Shown: positions 1 through 12,300 of the stretch, piece after piece
Layout of the letters: each line of letters begins with the position of its first letter
How positions within the stretch are numbered: the first letter of the stretch is position 1
Assembly: GCF_032444005.1 (NCBI RefSeq)
Contig: NC_091291.1
Span: 129,952,001 to 130,016,000 of the forward strand
Reading direction: 5' to 3'
From: Ranitomeya imitator
Taxonomy: Eukaryota
DNA: 64,000 nucleotides
Program-made: the position numbers and the translations under genes
The notes under the pieces: generated by a model
Told to the model about the DNA's origin: nothing
What the model saw: only the letters and a program-made list of their open reading frames with translations
Database searches by the model: none

Positions 1-15
1 AGTATGGAACGACTA

Positions 16-615
16 CTATGCCCCTGGAGTGCAGGACGTCCATGATGGCTGCCATGACTTTGGTAAACACTCTGGGAGCCGTGGTGAGTCCGAACAGGAG
101 AGCCACAAACTGGTAGTGATCCTGGTCGAATGAGACCTGAGAAATCTCTGATGGGCGGGTGCAATAGGTATATGCAGGTATGCATCTTGTATGTCTATGG
201 AGGCGAGATATTCTCCCTTCTCCATGGACACAATGATGGACCGAAGGGACTCCATGCGGAAGTGATGGACCCGTACATATTTGTTGAGTTGTTTTAGGTC
301 CAGTATGGGCCTCACGCTGCCTCCTTTCTTGGGGACTACGAATAGATTGGAGTAGAACCCTCGGAAGCGCTCGGCCGTGGGGACCGGTACTATGACTGCT
401 GCTTGAAAAAGCGAGGAGACTGCTTGTCGGAAGGCACGAGCCTTGGCTGGTGGTTTTGGGGGGACAGCGAGGAAGAATCGGTCCGGTGGGTTGGAGGTGA
501 ACTCTGTCTTGTATCCGGAAGACACTAGTTCCCTGACCCACCTGTCTTCTGCAATAGGCAGCCAGACTTGATGAAAGAGCAAAAGTCGGCCGCCTACGGG
601 TGTGGTGTCTTCCAA
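16..615 (-). pseudogene. DIRS reverse transcriptase, N-terminal part, frameshifted
   Basis: Motifs FYSNLFVVPKKGGSVRPILDLKQLN and LASIDIQDAYLHIPI are DIRS-type RT. Similarity is lost after HQRFLR, implying a frameshift. Confidence 0.85.
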
Positions 616-625
616 AGTCCGTGAG

Positions 626-2191
626 TCATGATGAGGAGAAAGTCTGAGATTTTCCTCCTCTGGGCTTAGACTGGCCTGCTTTTGACTGCCAGGTCTTGTC
701 TGACCTTTGTGTCGATCGTGAGTTGTCTCTGCGTGGGGAACGCTTACGATTTTGTGCTGGACGCGAGACGGACCAGCCCGAAGAATTACGAAAGGATTGG
801 AATTGAGTTTGGTTACGCTTCTTGTAAGTGCGTTTAGGTTTCAGTTGGGGAAGAGAGGTACTCTTACCCCCGATGGCGTTGGATAGCATCGTGTCCAACT
901 GTTCACCGAAAAGTCGCCCACTGAGGTAGGGGAGGTGCGTGAGGGACTTTGAGGCTGCGTCCGCTTTCCATTCCCGCAGCCAGAGGATACGCCGAATTGT
1001 GATGGCGTTTGATGCTATCCCCGCTACGCCCCTTGCTGAATCCAGAGCTGCATGAAGCATGTAATCTGCTACAATGGCTATTTGAACCGCTTGGTCCGAC
1101 AGCTCAGGAGCGGATGCTTGGAGGCCAGCTTGTAAATTTTTGGCCCAGGCCAGAATGGCCTTGGCAGTCCAAACTGAAGCGAATGCGGAGCCAGGGATGC
1201 CCCTGCGGCCTCGAAAATTGAACGAGCCATGCGTTCTACCTGCCATTCTGCTGCGTCCCTGAGGGTTGAGCTATCTGGCAGTGAAAGGAGGGTCTGCGCT
1301 GCTAGTCTAGAGACTGGGGGGTCCACTTCAGGTGGATCTGTCCATTCCTTGGTATCCTTCTGCGGGAAGGGGTACCTCGCCTCCAGATATTTGCAATTAG
1401 CAAATTTTTTCTCAGGCTGTGAGAGCTGCTTTTTAAGGATCGCCTTAAACTCTGGGTGGTTAGAGAAACCTTAGGCGGCTTCAGAGGTCCTTCAGAGGAA
1501 ATCTTGTGTTCTGGGGCCTCTGGTGGCAGATCGGAAATGTCCAGCACCCGATGGATGTCCTCAACTAGCGCTGTATTGCTGGGGGGATTGGGATCAGGGA
1601 CCCCTCTGTTTCCTTGTCTGAGTCGAAGTCACAGATGCCTTCCGAATCCTGTGTATCACCGAGGTGTCCCCTGCTGGGTGAGCTGGGGCGGAGGCCTTCT
1701 CTGGTGGGGGATTGCGGATATCTGCATTGTCTGCCCCTGGAAGGGGACGGTCTAGATGACCTGGAACTACGGTGTCTCTCCCTAGAAGGGGATGACCTTG
1801 TGCTATGGGATGACGCAGATGAACGTGACCTGTGGGTTCGCTTGCGTCCTGACCTAGATGTGGATGTGCCAGGGTCGTCCTGTTCCTGAGTCAAGCTCTC
1901 CCTTTGCTGGGCAACGGTCATAGCTGAGGCATGACTCTGCAGAGCCTGAAGCAATGTGGAGGTTAGGTTATCTATAGACTGCGTCATAGATTGCGACATC
2001 TGAGTGACCCATTCCGGCGAGGCATTAGACACTGAAGCATTGGCAGGGGCTTCTTGGGGCTCTGACGCAGTAGTCTGGATGCAGTCCTGGCAGTGCGGGT
2101 ACGTGCTGCCACTGGGGAGAGTGGTCCTGCAGGCTGTGCAGAATGCATAATAGCAGTCCTGCCTGGTTCTCTTGGACCTTGAGCCCAGCAT
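626..2191 (-). pseudogene. DIRS ORF1 (gag-like), split across three frames
   Basis: N-terminal C-x2-C-x12-C-x2-C (CTACRTTLPSGSTYPHCQDC) and an S/R-rich linker. The C-terminal block ASNAITIRRILWLREWKADAASK...LFGEQLD is typical of vertebrate DIRS ORF1. Pieces are 1565-2191, 1302-1547 and 626-1246. Confidence 0.75.
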
Positions 2192-3539
2192 AGTGCACAG
2201 AGTGCAGAAGGGCTGGCTATGCAGAGGACCTTACAGGGGGAGCTATGCAGAGGAACCTATAGGGGAGCCTTATAGGGAATATAGATTCACAGTCGAGTAA
2301 AACAACCCAGCTGTGATCTTACCCCACCAGTTTGCCCCTAGGTCCAGCGCCGAAGAACCACAGTCCTGTGCTCCCCGGAGACTGGCTGGCCTGGTCCTGG
2401 TCCTGCTGACCGGGAGATGCAGGGTTAATCCTTGCTGCAGTAGAAATGGCCGCCGAGGAGAAGAGGCAGGGGGAGAAGGGGGTGGAGAGCAGAAAAAAAG
2501 GCGGCAAAGCTGTGTAAAAAAACGCGCCCTTTCTGTCTCAATCCGCCCCCTCTATGACACTGTAGCGTCATATTTGTCATCCGGGGGGCGGGCCGGGGGG
2601 CGGAGAGGAGCTGGCGGCTTCAGCTAGGCCGAAGCCGGGGCCTAAATTAGATGCCTGATGCCCAGAAAGGCTCCAGGCCAAAGTCCGGGAGGGGGTCGGA
2701 TCTGAACTGGACCCCCCCGGATTTAAAGGCAGGATAGCGGTGGGGCTATAAGTGGAAGGGGGGCCCTGTGAGGGGTCCCCCTGAGGCAGTATAGAGCTGG
2801 TGCTGCCGCAGAGACAGGGGCGCAGGGAGCCCTGTGTCTCTATTGTGCCATGCCTGCCTGCACTCCCCCAGCCCCGACAGGAGCCCGCAGCTGGGCTGGG
2901 GACCCTGGATGCAGCCGCAGTGTGCTGGCCCATTGCTGGGAGCTGCAGAGTGCTGCCTGTACAGGCCCTACCTGAGGCGTCTCAACCTAATGGCCACAAA
3001 GGGGGATTAGGAAGGGTGCTGCTGTCACCATCAGGGGGCTTTATCTTCGCCTCGACCTCAACCCAGAAACCAAAAGGAATTGGGGAAGGAGGGGGGTCTC
3101 GACTTCGAACCAGCAGCCGAGGGACTGGGGAAGGAGCGACATGGGGAATAGCCATCTCGACTTCAACCGGGCACCCCGTAATAGGGGACCGAGGAAGGAG
3201 CCATGCCGGGAGTCTCACAGGAGACCCACTTTTCTTCATCTGTAATCCGTTGGAAAAAAACGGAGTAAAAAATCTTAGGTGTGCCTCCTATGCGACACTA
3301 AGCAAAAACTGGAGGAGGCTGACGCCGTCCAGGGGTGTATACTGCAGAGGAGGAGCCACGGTTAATCTATTTCAGATTATGCATAGTGTCGCCTCCTAGT
3401 GGACAGCAGCATAACACCCATGGTCCTGTGTCCCCCAATGAGGCGACAGAGTAAATACAATAAAGAGAAACAAAAAAATATATATATACACTTTTATACA
3501 GTATATAAAAGCCCCATAAAGCTCGATCAACTAAAAATA

Positions 3540-3924
3540 ACAGTAACAGGTCTTGAAAAGCAGTGGCAAACCAAATTTATTTTTTATATCAAGTTCAGAA
3601 TTTGAGATACTGAAATAATAAAAAACACAAATAATTAAGTTTGGGATCATCGTAAATGAACAAGAGAATTACATTGCTGTTTTAATCACACTATGAAAGC
3701 TGTAAAAACAAGACCCCAAAATAATGATTTTTTTTTTTTTACATTTTAACACATTGTATTGTAAATTATATAATTTAAAAAAAACACGTCGAACAAAAAA
3801 AAAGACAAAAAAAAGGTCTTTGCCAGCTATGCACATGGAAGAATGGAAAGTTTTGGCTCTTAGAAGGGAAAAAAAAAAATCAATAGTGCAAAAATGAAGA
3901 ATGGCGGCGTCCTTAAAGGGTTAA
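3540..3924. mobile_element. Degenerate non-autonomous DNA transposon fragment, piggyBac-like end
   Basis: Ends in AAAGGGTTAA (CCC terminus plus TTAA on the other strand). AT-rich body resembles fragments at 8.4, 18.4 and 26.2 kb. Left boundary approximate. Confidence 0.4.
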
Positions 3925-3961
3925 GAAATGCAGCAAAGGACGTAAATCCGGCGATACTCAC

Positions 3962-4135
3962 TGTTGTCCAATGTGATGAGGAAGATTCTCTGAATCATGT
4001 GGTTTATGTTCAGCTGCTCACAGATCTCCTGCTGAGAACGGAACGAGCGACTTATTTCCGCCACGGAGTCGTCGCAGTCGTCCAGGCTTTCGGAGACGCT
4101 GTTGTCAGAGTCGTCCTGACTCTCTCCTGCATATT
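3962..4135 (-). CDS. UBE4A: UBE4A (U-box E4 ubiquitin ligase) coding exon 2 (gene exon 3)
   Basis: tag|AA...A|gtgagt, 174 nt, phase 1-1. Encodes [58 protein letters not shown], nearly identical to the human UBE4A N-terminus as recalled. Confidence 0.95.
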
Positions 4136-4934
4136 CTACACGGGTCAGAGGGATAACTGCTTAGTTACTGGACTAGTGAAATTTTGCATTAATTTTTTTG
4201 TATTGTTCATCTGCTTTCTAAATGTGAAGATGAGCAATTTTCTAAATAATCTTTGGTTGCAGCAGAGTAATTTATATAAGCTGCAAAATCTGACAAAAAT
4301 CCACCTGAGATCCTCCTGGCTCTGAATTTTCCCTCTGATCTCGCCCTCTCTTCTCAGTGAGTGGGGAAAAGATGGTTGTTGTACGCAGTAGATCAGGAAT
4401 TAAGAGTTGGAGGAAAGCACGTACAGTCTCGGGGAGGGCAGCTCAGTTAGTTTGTGGATAGGGAGGAAAGCGCATTATCTTTCATGAGCTCTAAATAGCA
4501 AATAAAGCTGCGCTAACGCATAGGGTCCAGCGCAGACAGCAGCATCCTGGACATACAGTTTTACTGGGAAGAACACATTCACATGAGAAAAAGGAGCAGT
4601 TTGGAAACTGCTTATCGGGGGATTGCAGAACTGAACCTAGTGCAAGTTTTTAACTAAAAATCAAGCTAGACATGTAGCACTGCAGTTCCTCCACCGCTTT
4701 TGTCAGGACCCCATGTCCGGTCCTCATTTTTACATGCTTGCTATGGTGACATTGACGTAGTAATACAGCGAAAGGTGGCAACTGGTGGCTGCTGTCACAA
4801 GGCTCATGACCAGTATAGGCTACACGTAGAAGGAAAATGAAGGGGTAACGACATGGCCAAGTTTCTATTTTTCCCATTGTAGGATTGCAGACATTTTTTA
4901 CCCTTGGAACAACCTGCTGTAATAGGTTACTTGC

Positions 4935-5055
4935 CATTTTGCTGTCGTTGCTGATCCTTTTGCCCAGCGACAAACTGCCGAGCTTCTGCGATCGACCCAA
5001 AGAGAGCGGCAAACGGGTTTGTCGAGATGCTGTTGTTGTTCTCTTGATCCGTCAT
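4935..5055 (-). CDS. UBE4A: UBE4A first coding exon (exon 2; whole exon 4935-5104)
   Basis: Acceptor ttctccacag at 5105. ATG at 5055 gives [40 protein letters not shown], 121 coding nt, ending at a G|GCAAGT donor. Confidence 0.95.
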
Positions 5056-5059
5056 TTCG

Positions 5060-5077
5060 CTAAGCAGCAGGGTCCAT
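5060..5077 (-). other. Short uORF (MDPAA*) in the UBE4A 5' UTR
   Basis: ATG GAC CCT GCT GCT TAG ends 4 nt before the main ATG, within exon 2. Confidence 0.6.
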
Positions 5078-6205
5078 GTAGTGTGTGATGTGGAGGCGTC
5101 TTATCTGTGGAGAAGGAACAGGAGCCCGGTTATGTACATGGGCGTTATGGTTTTACAGTTTTAAGGGGTTGTCCGCATTATAATATTTAAAAAATTGGTT
5201 CATGGCGCTCTTTTTTAAAAAAAATAATAATAGCAAAACTCACCCATCGGATATTACTACTACCTACATCTTCCACCTGCCAATTGTCACTGGTTGGCTG
5301 CAGCGGTCTTGTGCCTTCCAAGATGGAAGAAGCCGTCTCCTTGCTTTCTTTTGTGACTTTGGATGGCACCTAAACGCTGCAGCCAAACAGCAGCAGCTGA
5401 TTGACTGCAGTGGTCACGAGACACCCCTGCTGGAAAAGGAAGAAAGGACACCTGAGGTGGACATCGGCACTAGTACCAAGGGGTGGTGAGGCTCCTGCGG
5501 GTGAGATTAGGCTGTCTTATAAAGAATAGAGTGCGGCCATCATACAGACTCTTCATGGCGGTGGGAGTTGGGAAGATCCCATTAAATCTCTTCTCTACCC
5601 AATGTCAAATCACCATCATAAAAAACTAAATAAATAAAAATGGTGTTATCCCAAAAATCTAATATTTCTGGAGGTTTAAAGGGCTCAATTTAGTAATTTT
5701 CTGGAACATTATTTCATTTTTTTTTTTTTCAGCTGCAGGCGTCCACAGCCACGGGTGCATAAAAAAAAAAAAAAAGCAGTGAATTTTCCTGTGTGGATTT
5801 GCACTGGTATACATTAGTTGGCAATCGGATACTATTTTAACAAGAGATCCGCAAGGAAAAAAAAAAAAAAAGATCTATTGAGCGGATTTTTTTTTTTTTT
5901 TTTTAATAAAACAAAAAGTTGCAAAATTAATTTCTGTCGCAGATTTTTTTCTGCTGAGTTCACATGCAGTTTATAGCTCATGTTCTGCCCACAGTCTCCT
6001 GTCAATTTTAAAGTGAAATCTGAGATAGATTTATGTTTATCCTCATACAGATTTAAAATCAGTGAGGCAAAAAAAAAAATTAAGAAAAATAATAAGTTTG
6101 GTGACTTAAAAGTGAACAGAGGCACGTCTCTGCATAGCCAGCGGTGCAAAGCAAGGTTTGTTCTCAAGATTTCAGGAATTTGTGGTCTATCCTGTGTATA
6201 ATGCA

Positions 6206-6296
6206 GACTGTGAGCCCCAATGGGGACAGTGATAATTATGTCAGTAAAGCGCTGCAGAATATGATGGCGCTATGCAAATGCAGCATAATAAATAAA
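6206..6296 (+). mobile_element. L2/CR1-type LINE 3' tail
   Basis: GACTGTGAGCCCC...GTAAAGCGCTGCAGAATATGATGGCGCTATGCAAAT followed by an AATAAAT tail, matching the recalled L2-type 3' stem-loop and tail. Confidence 0.6.
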
Positions 6297-6477
6297 ACAA
6301 AAAAGGGGGAAAAGAAAAACTTTCTTTAATATGAAGGACTCTAGGAATTTTGTTTTCATACTGCTGTGTTTGCTGTTTTAAAACCAGCGGAAGACCGGAG
6401 TGAGCTCAGATTGCTGCTGTTTAACTATCAAGTAGTTGCTATCAAGTGGCATTTAAATGGATGATCAGTTGCAGCGC

Positions 6478-7910
6478 GACTGAGGCCCACCGACACCCCC
6501 ACGATACACGGCTGAGGCCCACCGACACCCCCACGATACACGACTGAGGCTCATCGACACCCCCACGATACACGACTGAGGCCCACCGACACCCCCACGA
6601 TACACGGCTGAGGCCCACCGACACCCCCACGATACGCGACTGAGGCCCACCGACACCCCCACGATACGCGACTGAGGCCCACCGACACCCCCACGATACG
6701 CGACTGAGGCCCACCGACACCCCCACGATACACGACTGAGGCCCACCGACACCCCCACGATACACGGCTGAGGCCCACCGACACCCCCACGATACACGGC
6801 TGAGGCCCACCGACACCCCCACGATACACGGCTGAGGCCCACCGACACCCCCACGATACACGGCTGAGGCCCACCGACACCCCCACGATACACCACTGAG
6901 GCCCACCGACACCCCCACGATACACAACTGAGACCCACCGATACCCCCACGATACACGACTGAGACCCACCGACACCCCCACGATACACGACTGAGGTCC
7001 ACCGACACCGCCACGATACACGACTGAGGCCCACCGACACCCCCACGATACACGACTGAGGCCCACCGACACCCCCACGATACACGACTGAGGCCCACCG
7101 ACACCCCCACGATACACGACTGAGGCCCATCGACACCCCACGATACACGACTGAGGCCCACCGACACCCCCACGATACACGACTGAGGCCCATCGACACC
7201 CCACGATACACGACTGAGACCCACCGACACCCCCACGATACACGACTGAGGCCCACCGACACCCCCACGATACACGACTGAGGCCCATCGACACCCCCAC
7301 GATACACGACTGAGGCCCACCGACACCCCCACGATACACGACTGAGGCTCATCGACACCCCCACGATACACGACTGAGGCCACCGACACCCCCACGATAC
7401 ACGACTGAGGCCCACCGACACCCCCACGATACACGACTGAGGCACACCGACACCCCCACGATACACGACTGAGGCCCATCGACACCCCACGATACACGAC
7501 TGAGGCCCACCGACACCCCCACGATACACGACTGAGGCACACCGACACCCCCACGATACACGACTGAGGCCCATCGACACCCCACGATACACGACTGAGA
7601 CCCACCGACACCCCCACGATACACGACTGAGGCCCACCGACACCGCCACGATACACGACTGAGGCCCATCGACACCCCCACGATACACGACTGAGGCTCA
7701 TCGACACCCCACGATACACGACTGAGGCTCATCGACACCGCCACGATACACGACTGAGGCCCATCGACACCCCCACGATACACGACTGAGGCCACCGACA
7801 CCCCCACGATACACGACTGAGGCCCATCGACACCCCCACGATACACGACTGAGGCCCATCGACACCCCCATGATACATAATTGAGGCCCATCGTCCACCC
7901 CCACGATACA
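6478..7910. repeat. 32-bp CpG-rich minisatellite (about 45 copies) in UBE4A intron 1
   Basis: Unit GACTGAGGCCCACCGACACCCCCACGATACAC; period 32 checked at 6481 and 6513. Confidence 0.97.
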
Positions 7911-8379
7911 ATCACAGAGGGGGGCAATGTATTATCATGGCAGAGGTGGGAGGAGGGGGCTTTAATTGCCGCCATCTTGCTACACCCACGACGTAAAGCC
8001 TTACTTGCTTTTACTATATACTTGCAACATTACAGCATATAATACAAGCAACCAAAAGAGCACAGGTTCAAGACGCAAAAAAGGGAGTAAATAAGATTAA
8101 GAATTTGTAAAAGAAAAATAAAACCTAACTTTAAAAATATATATTTTTAAATATCCATTGGTAACTTAAACCTGGACTTTTGCGCTACGATAGTGAACAT
8201 ACGACTGTTCTAATTGTCCTGTAACCTCTCCCTCTTTTTTTCAGTTTTTGTTATTCTTCTTCTTTTCAAAATTTACTAAAAATTAGTAATTACCGTACTA
8301 TATTATTAAAATTAAAGTATAATTAAGAAGCGAAATAGATAAAACAATAGTTGGTCACCCAATTTTTCCCTCCATCTAA

Positions 8380-8915
8380 AAAAAAAAAAAATTATTGAGG
8401 CTGTGAAAATATTAAATTTTTTGTCCGGTAAACATTAAATATTGAGACACCAGAATTGCCCTTTTTTTCAGTTGCCGCACCTCTCCCTAAAAAAAGATCA
8501 AACTGTCGTATGTACCCCGAAATGGTGTCAATAAGAGTCAGATCGGCGCAGAAACAACAAGCGCTCGCGTGGAGGCAACCGCGGAAAAACTAAAAAGCTG
8601 CGGGTCTCGGAAAAACACCGACAAGTTATGATGACAGAGATAAACATTTTATTTTTTAACCACTAACATTTTTTTAACGAAATAAAGAACATCAAAAAAT
8701 AAAATAAAAAAATATTAAAATAAAATAAATAGAATGTGAAAAAAAAACACGCAGGACAACCCCAATAAAGACAATGGTGGAATCGCGGTTTTTCCCCCAT
8801 TTCACCACATTTGGATTATTTTCCTCGCCCCCCCCCCCTAAAAAACAATGGGGGAGAATAATAAAGTTATGGCTCTTGGAAGGAGGGGGGGGGGAAACAG
8901 AAAGGGAAGGGGTTA
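8380..8915. mobile_element. Degenerate piggyBac-like non-autonomous fragment
   Basis: Ends in AAGGGGTTAA; same repeat family appearance as the other TTAA-CCC fragments. Left boundary approximate. Confidence 0.4.
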
Positions 8916-9151
8916 ATGATCAGGTGACGTCACACCGGGCCAGGAGATGGGGAAGACCCCACTTGTCAGGTGACCAGGAGTGGAGTACAATGCTGCAGTC
9001 CCATGTAAAGCACTGTGTGATACCAGCAGGTGACACGCTCAGCTCTGCTGCATCCTGCCGTGTAGTGGGAGCCCCCGCGATACGTGACACACACGGATAC
9101 ACGGCCGCGCCATACGGACAGCGCGCACACAGCCCGCAGCCTCTGACTCAC

Positions 9152-9300
9152 CGCTCTGCCTTCCTGACACTTCCGCTTCCGCCAACACACAGGCGGCGCC
9201 GAAAGGGTTACAGACGGTCATGTGACCGATCAGGAAGAGGCGGGACTTACCCTGGAGTGTCCCTGTGGAATGGGGCGGAGCTAGAAGCTGCGGCTGCGCA
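9152..9300 (-). promoter_or_regulatory. UBE4A: UBE4A non-coding exon 1 and CpG-rich housekeeping promoter
   Basis: Donor GCG|gtgagt at 9151. Tandem ETS/GABP sites CGGAAGCGGAAGTG (9168-9181), E-box-like GGTCATGTGACC (9216-9227), GC boxes near 9238 and 9271. A CRE TGACGTCA lies at 8925-8932 in intron 1. The TSS is not determined. Confidence 0.75.
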
Positions 9301-9351
9301 GTGCTGGGCTCTGCAGGGAAGGACGTTGAACTTGTACATGTACAGGGGTCG

Positions 9352-12300
9352 GGGAAATGCTCTGCACATGGGAGGAGGAGAGGGGAGATGCAGTGCACAG
9401 GGAGGAGGAGAGGGGAGATGCAGTGCACAGGGAGGAGGAGAGGGGAGATGCAGTGCACAGGGAGGAGGAGAGGGGAGATGCTGTGCACAGGGAGGAGGAG
9501 AGGGGAGATGCTGTGCACAGGGAGGAGGAGAGGGGAGATGCAGTGCACAGGGAGGAGGAGAGGGGAGATACTGTGCACAGGGAGGAGGAGAGGGGAGATG
9601 CTGTGCACAGGGAGGAGGAGAGGGGAGATGCTGTGCACAGGGAGGAGGAGAGGGGTGATGCTGTGCACAGGGAGGAGGAGAGGGGAGATGCTGTGCACAG
9701 GGAGGAGGAGAGGGGAGATGCTGTGTACAGGGAGGAGGAGAGGGGAGATGCTGTGTACAGGGAGGAGGAGAGGGGAGATGCTGTGTACAGGGAGGAGGAG
9801 AGGGGAGATGCAGTGCACAGGGAGGAGGAGAGGGGAGATGCTGTGCACAGGGAGGAGGAGAGGGGAGATGCTGTGCACAGGAAGGAGGAGGAGGGGAGAT
9901 GCTGTGCACAGGGAGGAGGAGAGGGGAGATGCTGTGCACATGGGAGGAGGAGAGGGGAGATACTGTGCACAGGGAGGAGGAGAGGGGAGATGCTGTGCAC
10001 AGGGAGGAGGAGAGGGGAGATGCTGTGCACATGGGAGGAGAGGGGAGATGCTGTGCACAGGGAGGAGGAGAGGGGAGATACTGTGCACAGGGAGGAGGAG
10101 AGGGGAGATGCTGTGCACAGGGAGGAGGAGAGGGGAGATGCTGTGCACAGGGAGGAGGAGAGGGGAGATGCTGTGCACAGGAAGGAGGAGGAGGGGAGAT
10201 GCTGTGCACAGGGAGGAGGAGAGGGGAGATGCTGTGCACATGGGAGGAGGAGAGGGGAGATACTGTGCACAGGGAGGAGGAGAGGGGAGATGCTGTGCAC
10301 AGGGAGGAGGAGAGGGGAGATGCTGTGCACATGGGAGGAGAGGGGAGATGCTGTGCACAGGGAGGAGGAGAGGGGAGATACTGTGCACAGGGAGGAGGAG
10401 AGGGGAGATGCTGTGCACAGGGAGGAGGAGAGGGGAGATGCTGTGCACAGGGAGGAGGAGAGGGGAGATGCTGTGCACAGGAAGGAGGAGGAGGGGAGAT
10501 GCTGTGCACAGGGAGGAGGAGAGGGGAGATGCTGTGCACATGGGAGGAGGAGAGGGGAGATACTGTGCACAGGGAGGAGGAGAGGGGAGATGCTGTGCAC
10601 AGGGAGGAGGAGAGGGGAGATGCTGTGCACAGGGAGGAGGAGAGGGGAGATGCTGTGCACAGGGAGGAGGAGAGGGGAGATGCAGTGCACAGGGAGGAGG
10701 AGAGGGGAGATGCAGTGCACAGGGAGGAGGAGAGGGGAGATGCAGTGCACAGGGAGGAGGAGAGGGGAGATGCTGTGCACAGGGAGGAGGAGAGGGGAGA
10801 TGCTGTGCACAGGAAGGAGGAGGAGGGGAGATGCTGTGCACAGGGAGGAGGAGAGGGGAGATGCTGTGCACAGGGAGGAGGAGAGGGGAGATGCAGTGTA
10901 CAGGGAGGAGGAGAGGGGAAATGCTGTGCACATGGGAGGAGGAGAGGGGAGATGCTGTGCACAGGAAGGAGGAGAGGGGAGATGCTGTGCACAGGGAGGA
11001 GGAGAGGGGAGATGCTGTGCACAGGGAGGAGGAGAGGGGAGATGCTGTGCACAGGGAGGAGGAGAGGGGAGATGCTGTGCACATGGGAGGAGGAGAGGGG
11101 AGATGCTGTGCACAGGGAGGAGGAGAGGGGAGATGCTGTGCACATGGGAGGAAGAGAGGGGAGATGCTGTGCACAGGGAGGAGGAGAGGGGAGATGCTGT
11201 GCACAGGGAGGAGGAGAGGGGAGATGCTGTGCACAGGGAGGAGGAGAGGGGAGATGCTGTGCACAGGGAGGAGGAGAGGGGAGATGCTGTGCACAGGAAG
11301 GAGGAGAGGGGAGATGCTGTGCACATAGAGGAGGAGAGGGGAGATGCTGTGCACAGGAAGGAGGAGGAGGGGAGATGCTGTGCACAGGGAGGAGGAGGGG
11401 AGATGCTGTGCACAGGGAGGAGGAGAGGGTGATGCTGTGCACATGGAAGGAGGAGAGGGGAGATGCTGTGCACAGGGAGGAGGAGAGGGGAGATGCTGTG
11501 CACATAGAGGAGGAGAGGGGAGATGCTGTGCACAGGGAGGAGGAGAGGGGAGATGCAGTGCACAGGGAGGAGGAGAGGGGAGATGCTGTGCACATGGGAG
11601 GAGGAGAGGGGAGATGCAGTGCACAGGGAGGAGGAGAGGGGAGATGCTGTGCACAGGGAGGAGGAGAGGGGAGATGCTGTGCACATGGGAGGAGGAGAGG
11701 GGAGATGCTGTGCACATGGGAGGAGGAGAGGGGAGATGCAGTGCACAGGGAGGAGGAGAGGGGAGATGCTGTGCACAGGGAGGAGGAGAGGGGAGATGCT
11801 GTGCACAGGGAGGAGGAGAGGGGAGATGCTGTGCACAGGGAGGAGGAGAGGGGAGATGCTGTGCACAGGGAGGAGGAGAGGGGAGATGCAGTGCACAGGG
11901 AGGAGGAGAGGGGAGATGCTGTGCACAGGGAGGAGGAGAGGGGAGATGCTGTGCACATGGGAGGAGGAGAGGGGAGATGCTGTGCACAGGGAGGAGGAGA
12001 GGGGAGATGCTGTGCACAGGGAGGAGGAGAGGGGAGATGCAGTGCACAGGGAGGAGGAGAGGGGAGATGCAGTGCACAGGGAGGAGGAGAGGGGAGATGC
12101 AGTGCACATGGGAGGAGGAGAGGGGAGATGCTGTGCACATGGGAGGAGGAGAGGGGAGATGCTGTGCACAGGGAGGAGGAGAGGGGAGATGCTGTGCACA
12201 TAGAGGAGGAGAGGGGAGATGCTGTGCACATAGAGGAGGAGAGGGGAGATGCTGTGCACAGGAAGGAGGAGGAGGGGAGATGCTGTGCACAGGGAGGAGG

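Larger units (their letters stand above)
1..3455 (-). mobile_element. DIRS1-like tyrosine-recombinase retrotransposon, 5' part (runs off the window's left edge), in UBE4A intron 3
   Basis: The minus strand carries ORF1 followed by an RT ORF. The terminus reads TTTACTCTGTCGCCTCATTGGGGGACACAGGACCATGGG on minus from 3455, and its sequence is shared with the mini-element at 30.3 kb. Confidence 0.9.

Noticed and set aside
4126-4129. Inner CAG acceptor for UBE4A exon 3
   Set aside because: The upstream TAG acceptor has the better pyrimidine tract and restores colinearity with the recalled human sequence (174 nt). Minor use of the inner site is not excluded.
6442-7975. 200-425 aa ORFs and a CRISPR-like look
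   Set aside because: This is a pure 32-bp tandem repeat with no unique spacers and no cas genes, in a vertebrate intron.
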